A stretch of DNA of 63,451 nucleotides, counting the filler, from Sluysia triapertura (lineage: Eukaryota), in NCBI GenBank assembly GCA_046118255.1. It is 5 parts of 5 records of this genome, joined end to end, with 100 filler letters (N's around TTAATTAATTAA, not from the genome) between each part and the next. Parts side by side here need not be neighbours in the genome. Positions count along the whole stretch, not along the records: positions 25,502 to 36,706 come from JBJNIA010187368.1; positions 36,807 to 51,914 come from JBJNIA010239105.1; 3 more parts are not named here. The stretch is one strand, 5' to 3'. The position numbers and the translations under genes are program-made. Positions 25,572 to 36,863 of the stretch are shown here, piece by piece (positions within the stretch are counted from its first letter, which is position 1; every line of letters starts with the position of its first letter). The notes under the pieces were generated by a model, which worked only from the letters and a program-made list of their open reading frames with translations, had not been told where the DNA came from and did not search any database.

Positions 25572-26418
25572 CTATATACGAGACAAATCTTTGATTGTAT
25601 GTTTTAATAATAAAATGTTAATTTGTAAGCTTTGAGCATTTCACTTAGCAAAAGCATAATTTAATTAATCACACTTTCTACCTTTTAAAAATTGATTTAC
25701 TTCATCTGATGTGTTGTGTAAATGAGTAATTGTTTTTAAAATACGATGTTTAAATAATATCATGTTGTTCAATATATCAAATTGAAATATAAAATATTTA
25801 ATTATACTGTTTTATAACCTCAAATGATGTAATGCTTTTAAAGAATTATGTAAGTTATGCTTGGTTTCGTTTTTTTGAAATAATTTTCATAAACCATCTT
25901 TATTATATTAAAATGATGCATTACATTATTTATTACACATACAAAATTAATTTTGAATCTTAATTAATTTTTATAATAAAAATACAAATATGAATACAAT
26001 TGCAAAAAAATGAGTATTACAAAAATAAAACTAATTTTAAATGTTTAATTTAAATGCTTATTTAATGTAATAAACCTAAATTTATTAATCACATGTTATT
26101 GTTTACTCTGTACGTGCATTATTGAAATAATTGAAATAATATTTTACGTAATTTTTTCGATTTTTCGAGTTTTTTTTCTTAACATCAGATATTTTGTAGT
26201 ATTTTGATTTTTAATAAAGACTTAATATATACATAATTCAAACATTGATAATTGTGATTATGCTAAGTTTTCAGGAAATTCCGTATTTAAAATACTAAAT
26301 AATTACTTTAAATGATATTAATTTAGTACAAGCAATACACAAATGCATAGACTCTAAACAAGACAGCACGATTAAGTTACATTGGTTTTATTTTGATTAA
26401 ATCATCGTTAGAAAATAA

Positions 26419-26757
26419 TTAGACGACTTGCACATGATCTGGTACAAGACCGTATAACCACACGTTTCTTAACTGATAATTCGGATCATCATGACTTACC
26501 GCATTCAAGTCAGTGTGTTGACATCGATCGATGCTTGGAGCACTTTTACTACGTAATCTTCTGCTAGTGGGCTTAAATGCAGGTCTTGCTGTTTTGTCTG
26601 ATGGTTTTGATGGTCGATAATAATAGGTTCGTGGATGGCGTTCATAATTGCCTTCTTTAGCTCTTTTTATATCTTCTATACGTAACCATTTTAGGAGATA
26701 ATAACAATTGTAACAATAATAATAATAATAACAAAAGGAAGGATGTGAAAGTTTACA
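26419..26757 (-). other. Unidentified 113-codon open frame or candidate exon (no start codon, so absent from the ORF track)
   Basis: GC-enriched island reading ...YLLKWLRIEDIKRAKEGNYERHPRTYYYRPSKPSDKTARPAFKPTSRRLRSKSAPSIDRCQHTDLNA|VSH...VV*; consensus GTAAGT donor at 26494-26499. Confidence 0.45.
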
Positions 26758-29153
26758 CTATGTTGATGCGGTTGGAGAAGGTGATCACAGCGAAATAAAG
26801 GTAATATTAATAATAAGTTATTGTAATTTTAGTATATTATAATTTATTTACATTAGTGTATATTATATATTATTTAAGTTACTAAGAGAAATGTTATATC
26901 TTATTTAGGTTATTATATATTGGTGTAATATGTGATAAATGTTTGTGTTAATGTGTGTTAGGGGTTCATGAATGAGCTGAGCACTACAACAACAAATAAA
27001 ATTAATTCTAATAAAGTTATTTAGTTCGGAAATATTAATTTTCTCTGAAACTGAAATATTATAGTTTAGAATACGATTCATTTATGCAAGGTATAGTAGG
27101 TTCTTCATCCTGATAAAACATTTATGGTGAATAATATTGCTACTTACACAAAAGGTTCTGTTTGTGTGATTTATTTATTTGTTAAATTTTTTGAAACACT
27201 TGAATATGAATTTGATTTTGTTAGTAGTCAGCAAAAAAGTATGAGTTACTAAGAAAAATAAATATATATACTAATTTCAATATTTACGTTATCTTAACAA
27301 TAAATATTCAAAGAATAATAATATCGATTTTAACTTGTACAAACATTTTAATACCAAACTTTAATTACAAAGAATATTAAAAATTATAAAAGTTTAAGTT
27401 TAAATAATTTTCGCACCAAAAATAAAAGATAAGAAAGTATATACAAATGTATAGTAAATATCATATGTAAATGTAAAATATGAAAAATACTGTCATGTGA
27501 TATTTTAAAAGCGCTTTTTATGAATGAAGGGAAAAATTAAACAACATAAATAATAATTGAATGATATTTTAAGTTCAGTATTTTATTAAACAGTGCGGCT
27601 AGTTGAAATTGTAAAACCATTTCTATTAACTATTAAAAATATTATATATTAAATTAACAATCTAAATTGTATTTCAATTCTTTTAAAAGATGCTTTACAT
27701 CTTAAGAAATATAAGATAATATAGAAAAAATGTTGCTGTTTCTTAATAATTATATAAATACCTTGGTAGTTTATATGACCTTCAAGTATTAAAAGTTTTT
27801 AAGATCTAATATTTTAAAAATATTTTTAAATATACAATTTATATAACAATAAAATTTTAACAAAACGTAATAACAATATAGTTTAGAAAACAAAAGCTTT
27901 TCATATTCAAACTTCTATTCTGATTATTTATTTCTATTCTTAACTAACATAGTGGGATATTTCTCCGATGAATTACAATTCTGAATTACAGTACTCGATT
28001 ATTCATTTGAGATTAGTTTTTAAACCAATTGAAATAAGTCTTCATTTTGTAACAATCAACTGAACAGTGTCTTAAGGAAGAATGTTTTACAAACCATTTT
28101 AATTTCAAATCATGTTTTATAATCGATGTGGTTTTATTTAAAATAACTAACCTGCAATGATAAATGAACAAAATCAGATTAGTGAGTCCATCTATAATTC
28201 AAGATTTACAAACTTAATAGCTTATCAAAAGGATTTTGGTGAAATAGTTATGTTATAGAAAGATTAAGATCAAATTATGTATCTATATGATTCTATTTTC
28301 TTAACTTCATGATATGTCAAAACTTTAGACTCTAATTGATACTTAGATGGATTTGAGTTAAGTTTGTGGCTTTTTTTCTTGCAATCCTTATTTAAAATAG
28401 GACTTGAAAATTATAAGTTTATGAGCCTTTTAAACTGACTCTGCAAAAGAATATAATGACTGATTTTTACTAGATTAAGACTTCGCTTGAATTTACGTCC
28501 TTGGTTAAAATATGACTTATAAATGGGGTACAGTGAATTTAAATTTTGGATTAGGATTCAATTTTATGAATAATTAACACTCAGAATTAAAAATTTTATC
28601 TAATGAAAATATAAATTTTGAACCGACACATATTTGAATTTTAATCGATACTATGCGACTCTGAAATTGTAAAACAAATAAAACGAGACAAATCGTTAAT
28701 AAAATAAATCATTTTGAATAATAGAATAGTTAGTTAATTTATAAAAATATGGATTTGTTGAGGTTAAACCTTAGAATTTGACTCCGATTTAATGAGGAAA
28801 AGTATACCTATTTAGAATCTCTTAACTTGTATTTTTTCCCAATTATATCATGAAACTAAGTTTATAATACATTTCTATTCCTTGTTTTTGTGCATTGCAG
28901 TATAGTTAATATTTGATTTTGTTGAATAAAAGTATCAATCGCTGTGTTTGTTAAGTTTTATAATCTTTTGAATGGCAACAAACTTATCTATTTTATGCTC
29001 TTAGTCGTGAATTGTAACTGGACCCTTTAAATATCATTTTACACTAAAGTTCTTAGAAAACCATAGCATTTATAGTACATTCATAATGAAAATTTCTTTG
29101 GAAGTTGATTTCATGAATTTTTACAATTAGTATTAATGTTAGAATTCATAAAA

Positions 29154-29217
29154 TGGACTGACCGGAGATCGAACCCGGGACCTCTTGCTGCGCAGTTCGA
29201 TGCTCTACCACTGAGCT
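29154..29217 (-). pseudogene. tRNA-derived module, copy lacking the 5' acceptor strand
   Basis: AGCTCAGTGGTAGAGC (A box/D arm) and CCGGGTTCGATCTCCGG (B box/T arm); unpaired anticodon stem; 9-nt deletion relative to the 48224-48296 copy. Confidence 0.75.
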
Positions 29218-29365
29218 GTCTAACAATGTTTAGATTACTGTAGTCCATTATACTACATGGCACCTTAGGCCTCTATCCCAACATTAATAAGGTAGCGATT
29301 GATACAGCCTTCATATTGCTTTTGTGATTTAAATAATTTTTCTTATATCGTACCAGGATTAATAC

Positions 29366-29685
29366 CAGTGGTGGCCAAACTGCTGATCGCGAGCCGCATG
29401 CGGCTCTCTGATCTTCCCAGTGCTGCTCTCGCTAAGATTTAAAAATTCCGAAATTTTAACATTAATAAAAAATGTACATGTAAAAATTTTACAAAATTTG
29501 AATCATACAAAAAATGTATTGAATAAATTTAAAAAATTTTTTATTTATTTTGTGTAGGCTATATTTAGAAATGATAAACAATTTTTAATTACTATGCTGA
29601 TTTTAACAAAAATTTTTCTTTGGTATGTTTGCGGCTCTCGACGTTTTGGATTTTTATGATTTTGGCTCCTGACAGGCCCCACTTG
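29366..29685. mobile_element. hAT (Charlie-like) MITE, 320 bp, with 8-bp TSD
   Basis: Left TIR CAGTGGTGGCCAAACT, internal GCGGCTC repeats, degenerate right end GGCCCCACTTG; flanks ATTAATAC/ATTAATAT (7/8 match). Confidence 0.8.
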
Positions 29686-30329
29686 ATTAATATCATTAAA
29701 AAACGGATTGTATGAGATTTTACGAAAAACATTTGAAAATTTATAACCACTGAAATAACATTTACAATCACGATGCTTGTTTTTCTTTTATTAGAGTTAC
29801 AAAGTCATAAATCTAGTTTTTGATATAACTATAAACTCCACTTTTGCCAGAACATTCGATAAAACCACAATTTTGTTCTTTTAATATATTTTAGTCCAAA
29901 AAAGTATCCTGCAAGTAAATCCTATATAATACCGATTGTTAAAATACATTTGTACTAATTGATATTTGATTTTTGCATCTAATTCTTTTACACATTTTTA
30001 CCATAAAAATATCACTGTGTTTTTCTTATAAATTTATCCCATTTTAATAGATAACACTAATGATAGTGCTTCTATATCACTATGAGCAATTTGAGGGATG
30101 CAACATACATTTAATATGGGTTTTGTCCTTGCTCCTATAATTCTCTTTCTTTATTTTTTATTCTTAATTATTATTTTTTTAATTTTGTTTATTCTTAACT
30201 TTAGTTTAAATTTTAAAAGATCTAAAGCAGGCTTAAGGCCTAGCAAAACTAAGTTTAGAGGGTTGATTGACCCATTAACAAAAGAAAAGTAATAAATGAT
30301 AATAACATTAATTATAAAACAAATAAAAC

Positions 30330-30953
30330 GCATAAATCTAACACAAGTATCGTTTACTCTTCAACAAGATACTTTATTAAAATTTTCTTGTAGTTCAAAG
30401 AATCATTCCATGTAGCATAAAATGCCACTTTCTAATGATAGTGGAATTGGACACAGTACATTTTTTGAATCAACTTTATCTTTTTCATTATGTTTAAACA
30501 TTTTTGGTGACAATTTAACATGAAGAAAAACGTATCATCTGTAATTGATAATTTAATGGTATAACGTCTAATGCATTAATCATAAAATCTATAAATTATT
30601 GCTATTTGTGATGTTTCATGGTTACCATGTAACAAATTCAATGTAGTAATATAAGAAATTTCATAAGCAGACATATACATTCAAGACTTTATTTGTCTCT
30701 ATCGACATAATCTTCTAGGAATAAGTATTCAGTATCTTCTGGTAGAATATACGTAATAAATCAGGATATTGACCATATATCTCCAAGTATATTTCAAGTA
30801 AATTAGGTTGAGACGAAATTATTTTTCGGAATGTATGATTCACGTTCAGAAAATTTATAAAATGTAATTTGATTGGTCTTCCTGGATTATTTTAGATAGA
30901 TAATAATTATTCTATTACCTCCGTTAAATTTAAAGTTAGATGTAAAGTCGCAT
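30330..30953 (-). pseudogene. Protein phosphatase 1 catalytic subunit (PPP family) pseudogene
   Basis: Across frameshifts: LNLTEVIE*LLSI*NNPGRPIKL, RKIISSQPNLLE, GDI(fs)GQYPDLLRIF, LPEDTEYLFLEDYVDRDK*SLECICLL, LLHGNHETSQIAIIYRFYD*CIRRYTIKL, LSPK, SGILC..WND. Colinear with PP1 GDIHGQ/GDYVDRG/RGNHE; no introns apparent. Confidence 0.9.
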
Positions 30954-33247
30954 GATTAATTTCTTATTTTATTAATTTATTAATTATTATGATCATAACA
31001 GATTATAATTATTATGATAATAATATAAAGATAATAAATATAATTAATAGATAAAAGTTATGATTATAATAATAATAATTACTGTGAGTAGCAAATTATT
31101 GATAATATTAAATAAAACGCCTATTTTCGAAATTAATTTTTTTCACGTTTGTATTCATCAATAATGTTTTCTAGCGCACATTTCCATAAATTAATACAAG
31201 GTAATAGAAAATAAAAACAATTTTTAGCAACATTCAGAATAACATTTATGTAAGCTTTCGGTGTTATGGAGATCTTATTTTACAATATTCTACATCTATA
31301 TTACGTATTTGAATCGTATGTTATATATTTGTAATAATGGATATAGGTGATTCTTTGTTTCGATAATTTTTTTCTCCATATTAATTAAATTCATTTACAT
31401 ATAATGTTGATTGAATTATTCGGTTATTGGATGCTCATTGGGTTTACACGAAAAATTAGTTCTTTTAATTGATATGCATGTATAATTAACAAACTATCTA
31501 ACATACATACATAGATTTACAAGCTGTAAAAGCGGCAGAAGTATAACTTCTATTTTATACTCTTTTTAGAATAAAAACGACTATGAATCACGATACTCTT
31601 ATTGCCTTTTTAGCGATGTAATTGAATGTTATAAAATGATATAAACTAAATGTAATTTTGATAGCGGAAAAATTAGAAGGATAGGAAGATAACAATAATA
31701 CGATGACAGTAACATAATAACAATAACAATTTAAATAACAATGACACATTAATATTAATTTTAATAATCATATTAAATTTCAGATTATATCTGTGTGTAA
31801 TTGTTGAAATGAGTATTATTACTATTATTGTGACTGTTGTTTTTACTGTTATTATTACAACTTTGAATTTGCAAATTATGTCTTGTGAATATTGATTCTA
31901 TATTATATATGTTATTCGTTGATTTGGTATTTTGTGTTAGATTGTGTTGAAGTTTGTCTATGATTTTGTATTACGAGAAATGTGTTTTGGTTTTGAACTC
32001 ATCACATGCAACATTTTTATTAGTATCTTCTTAATTTTTTTAAGATTGATGCGTACTTTTAATATTAAAAATAAAAATAAATAAAAAATAAGAAAATTAT
32101 TAATAAATAATTGGTTATAAATAATTCTGATAATTTTATTTTAATTAAATTGGTTAATGAAACAATTCTTTGAAAATACACAACATTAAGGTATTTATAA
32201 TTGTTCAAAAATAAATTTGATTACAATAAATAGCATTCTTGATTTTGAAGATGGAAAAAAGCATCAAACAAACAAATATAATCTACTTTTATCAAATTTA
32301 GTACTACTTGTTTATTTATTACTTTGAAAAATTAAATTTAATATTAAACACTTAAATATTAAAGTAACTATCCATCTTAAATCGTTTATCTATCACTAGA
32401 TGAATTTTGGTTTTCAATAGTATTTTGTACTTAAATTTCCCTAAGAAAGCATCAATCTGATTTACCATTTATCTTTGTATTTTCTAAAAATACAAAACTG
32501 TTCTGATTAGTTCTTGTCGCATTTTTGAAGGTTTGATCCATTATAAATAACATATCGTCACAAATATGATGAAATGCCGTAAGTACCATTGTTATCTTTA
32601 TTGTTATGATATTAGTGCTTAATCTTTTAATTTTTACAAATTTGCTTCTAAGATCCATGCTAATTTCAAAAACTACAGAAAACGCAATCACATTTCTTTC
32701 AAGTCCCAAACATCCCTAATGTACTACTGATATCTTATTTTATTAAAATCAACTTGCATTTGTATTTATTTTGTAACATCGTAAATTGAAGCATCAATTA
32801 TACAAATTTTGTTTTCGAACTTCATTTTTCTATTTTACAATCCACTGACTATTAACATAAGTGCATTCAAATTGTTTCAGAATTCTTCAACATTCACCGT
32901 ATTAAATATTTCTGATTTTATATACAAATTTATATAGTACAAATATATAAATGAATATTTTAATTTCTAACAAACTGATAAAAATCATCTTTCTTATATT
33001 TTATATAATGAATTATTCGAACAGTAGCTGAAAACTAAGCATTAATATTCGCATTAAAAATAATGGAATCAGTTAAATTTATTAGTTTACTAATAATAAT
33101 TGTTTTATAAGAATAATGTAATATTATTAAAACTTTTTACCAAAACACAATTTAGTTTAAATTCTTAAATATCTAGTTTTAAATAAGATAGCACTAGAAT
33201 ATTAGAATAAATTTAATTTGAGAATTTATTTATTTGTGTATTTTTAG

Positions 33248-33297
33248 GTCTTCCGGGTTGGAAAGCTGGTTTACAAACTGGTGATGAACTTATAAAG
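33248..33297 (+). CDS. Orphan 50-nt exon encoding part of a PDZ domain
   Basis: TTTTTAG acceptor, AAG|GTAAAG donor; (G)LPGWKAGLQTGDELIK matches the PDZ consensus GSPA..AGL..GD.I..VNG. Confidence 0.75.
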
Positions 33298-33762
33298 GTA
33301 AAGTAAATATAAATTAATTATAAATATAAAAATTGTTTTAAAAAATTAAATTATACCACTTCATAGTTATTCTATGATTAATTTTTATTATTTGATATTA
33401 AATTTACTAAAACTTTTGCGTCTTTGAAAATTAGTATTTACGATAAATCAATATCAATTTAATTAACTTAAATAAAATCTCAATAATTTAAGTACTCACT
33501 ATATCAAGAATAAATTGTCAATAATTTTCTTATTTTGATAATAATAATTATAAACCCCTAAAATTAAGTCTTTAAATCAAATTAGCAACTCAGTAATTTA
33601 ATGATTACAAATAAAAATTAAACACAAATTACTATTATAAGTCTTCACTGAACAATTATAAAAATAAATAAAATTACAGGATTAACAATAACGTTTATAA
33701 TAAATTAAGGACACACAATCTATCTAACAAAACCAGGAGTGACGCAACAAACACTAAAAATA

Positions 33763-33929
33763 TCAATATCTAGAAAGTTTCTGTAAAATGAACCAATAAT
33801 TTTTAATTTTTCAAATCTGACTAAAACAATTTCATCTCATTTAAGATTTACCTTAGCTACAACACTTGCCAATCTACCAAGTGGATGTACTGAGCAATCA
33901 ATAACACGAACATTTTTTGTAGAAGACAT
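33763..33929 (-). pseudogene. RPL13A: RPL13A (uL13) 5' fragment retaining an intron
   Basis: 33929-33852 encodes MSSTKNVRVIDCSVHPLGRLASVVAK (cf. IDGRGHLLGRLA.IVAK); GTAAAT...TTTTACAG 71-nt intron (33781-33851); then KLSRY* with homology lost. Confidence 0.8.
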
Positions 33930-34003
33930 TTAAAGGTTTTTAAAATTCAGAACAAATTTTTAGTACACACAAAAATTTTCTTTTTAAACAAATGTGAAAA
34001 TAA

Positions 34004-34045
<42 letters not shown>

Positions 34046-34998
34046 CCAGAAAAGCGAAAATGAAATAATAACAATAATAATTGTATAATATTTAATAATT
34101 TTTTAATTTTATAATTAAATTTTATAAATTTTAATTTTAATTTTACATAAATTTTTATAATTTTTTAACTCAATGAATTTTAAATGTATAATTAGAGTTT
34201 ATTCACAATACTAATAAAAGGAATATTTTATTTTCCAAAATATTTTATAATTTATATTTCAAAAAATTTTTGTGAACGCATAAAAAATTCAACCACTGTA
34301 ATGCTTTCAGAGGTGATGCTGAAGCCAATCGACAAACGACATCCAGGGAAATAATTATGATATAAATATGATCGATTATAGTAGTTTAAATGTTAATGAT
34401 TTTATTTTGAGTTTGGTCGTTTGTGTGATATGGGATGAGGTTGTGAAATATAGAAAATATTAGTAAATCGGTTTTATGTAAATGCATGACTGTATGCAGA
34501 AATAACTGCTTTATAACATATAATCGCATATGAAAAAATACTACGGTTAATGAAAATATTTTACACAATTGCACTCGAAATATGATGCTGAATCAAAAGT
34601 ATTCACAAATGAAATCAGCTGTTTCGACTGCATCTAAAATTAATTAAAAAAATTAATTAAAACGAGAATTAATTTAACTATAAAAGTAATTTAATCATTA
34701 AATTATTAATAAAATTTATGAAATTGTTAATAGAATTAATAACTGAAAATTAAAAAGTAATATTACTTATAGAAATAAATAAAATTAATAATAAAATATA
34801 AAAAACAAATAATAATAAGAAAGTTAATAGTGTAATTATTGATAATATTAATAAAATGATAATAGTTATAAAAAAATGTGATAAACGAATAAATCGCGTA
34901 CGAAAGGAGAAATGCTTATCAAACATTGCCGTTTATGTAAGATATTTTTAGTTAGCAAATGAAAAAAGCTATGAAAACTTTAAAACGCGTTTTATTTG

Positions 34999-35041
<43 letters not shown>

Positions 35042-36627
35042 TTATTTTATTTAAAGGTATATTTGTTAATTAACTTAAATAAATTAAGTAAAATATTTCT
35101 TGTAAAATAACTTTGAATTAATAGATGTTTTTGGAAAAGCTATACATTGAATGAAAATTGTTGCAATATATTATTAATAGAAAAATGAAATCCTCTGATT
35201 TAAATTAACGGTGATAGCACAGTAAATAATTATTTTAATCAATTTTAAAAGTGTTAACAAGGAATATCGAATGAATTAGAAATATGCAGAATTGATCCAT
35301 GTCAAAGAACAATTCTAAATTTGATATTTATTTAATTAAAAAATGTAGCTTTGACGCATTATGCATTGAAAATAATCTTCACTTGTTAGAAGTTATAAAA
35401 TTAGAAAAAAACCTATCAAAAGTTAAGTTGACAGTTACATATGTTGATGGAAATACATTGTTTTAAAACGTTTTAAAGTGAGGTGTATTTATTGAAAGAT
35501 ATAAATGAACGCATAATATAAAGTTAATTAATCATATTAATCATTTTTAGAAGATTGTCTATCCTACTATAATTTACTTAGAGTAATGAGTTTCGATTTC
35601 GTGCATTGTTTGTTAATTATTGATTATGAAGATTTCGCTTCCAATTTCACAACAAAATAATTGGGATAATGAACCAGGAATTATTGAATGGGAAACCCTG
35701 CGTAAATTCAAGTTGCATTATTGGAAGATAACGGTTCGTTACCAATGTGTTTTACATCGATTATTTTGATTTAATTTTTGAGGACATTAGGGTTTTGGTC
35801 GCGTTACCTTGATTGGTTTTCTTAATTTTTGTAATTTTTACAATACTAATGTTCTATAAGTTGATTATTTGATTTGTATTGTAAATATTTATTTGTGATA
35901 AACGATATTTATTAACTTTAATATATTTATTTTGATAATTGATAAATTGCATTAATTGTGATATAAAGAATGTAGTTCTTATTTTGATTATTTGAGATTT
36001 GAATTAAAAGTTATTAAAAATTAAATTTCTTGTCATAATAGTCTTAATTGTGGTATAGAGAATAAAATTGAAGTTAAATCTTATTTTGATTTTCTGGGTC
36101 TTGAATTTAAAGTTATAAATGAGTTAAATTATTTAAAACACTCAACACTATAATTAAAATCAGTAATTATTGGCCTTCAAACTTTTACTGACCATGGAAC
36201 CATCTCGGCTAGTGACTTATCAAGAATCAATAAGTTTCTATAATAAAAGTTCTAAACACACGATTTTTATGAATACAAAATATTTAAAACATGATTTATA
36301 CAAATCAGATCAGTCATTTGTCAGGCAGCAGTAAAAGTATCATGATAGGTTATAGTCGAATATGAACATTCCAAGCAAGCAAAGTCATTTTTAGTCATTA
36401 AAAAATCGTCAGTATGTGAAAATATACATTGCATTTTTACCGTTTTAAAGCTTAAGAAATAATAATATCATCAAATGATTTTTATCCTTTAATTTTACAA
36501 TATCTCCAAATCTTTCGCGGAATGCCATCTGAAAACTCTATAGAGGTACCATTTTTACTGATTACTAATATGTTTTTTAATTTTCACATCTATTTTGGTA
36601 TGCATTAGTAGTATTATTAGTATTGTA

Positions 36628-36690
<63 letters not shown>

Positions 36691-36706
36691 GTAGTAGTAG
36701 TAGTAG

Positions 36707-36806
36707 NNNNNNNNNNNNNNNNNNNNNNNNNNNNNNNNNNNNNNNNNNNNTTAATTAATTAANNNNNNNNNNNNNNNNNNNNNNNNNNNNNNNNNNNNNN
36801 NNNNNN
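36707..36806. other. Artificial assembly spacer
   Basis: N44-TTAATTAATTAA-N44. Confidence 0.95.
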
Positions 36807-36815
36807 TTGCAATAC

Positions 36816-36863
<48 letters not shown>

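Noticed and set aside
30870-30895. NNPGRPI as a Penelope reverse-transcriptase motif
   Set aside because: Context shows it is the N-terminal KPGK-equivalent region of the PP1 pseudogene.
32452-32709. 85-aa ORF with an LER motif as a GPCR fragment
   Set aside because: A single weak motif with no convincing TM pattern or splice sites.
35400-35770. Retroviral-protease-like fragments
   Set aside because: No DTG/DSG motif found; similarity too weak.
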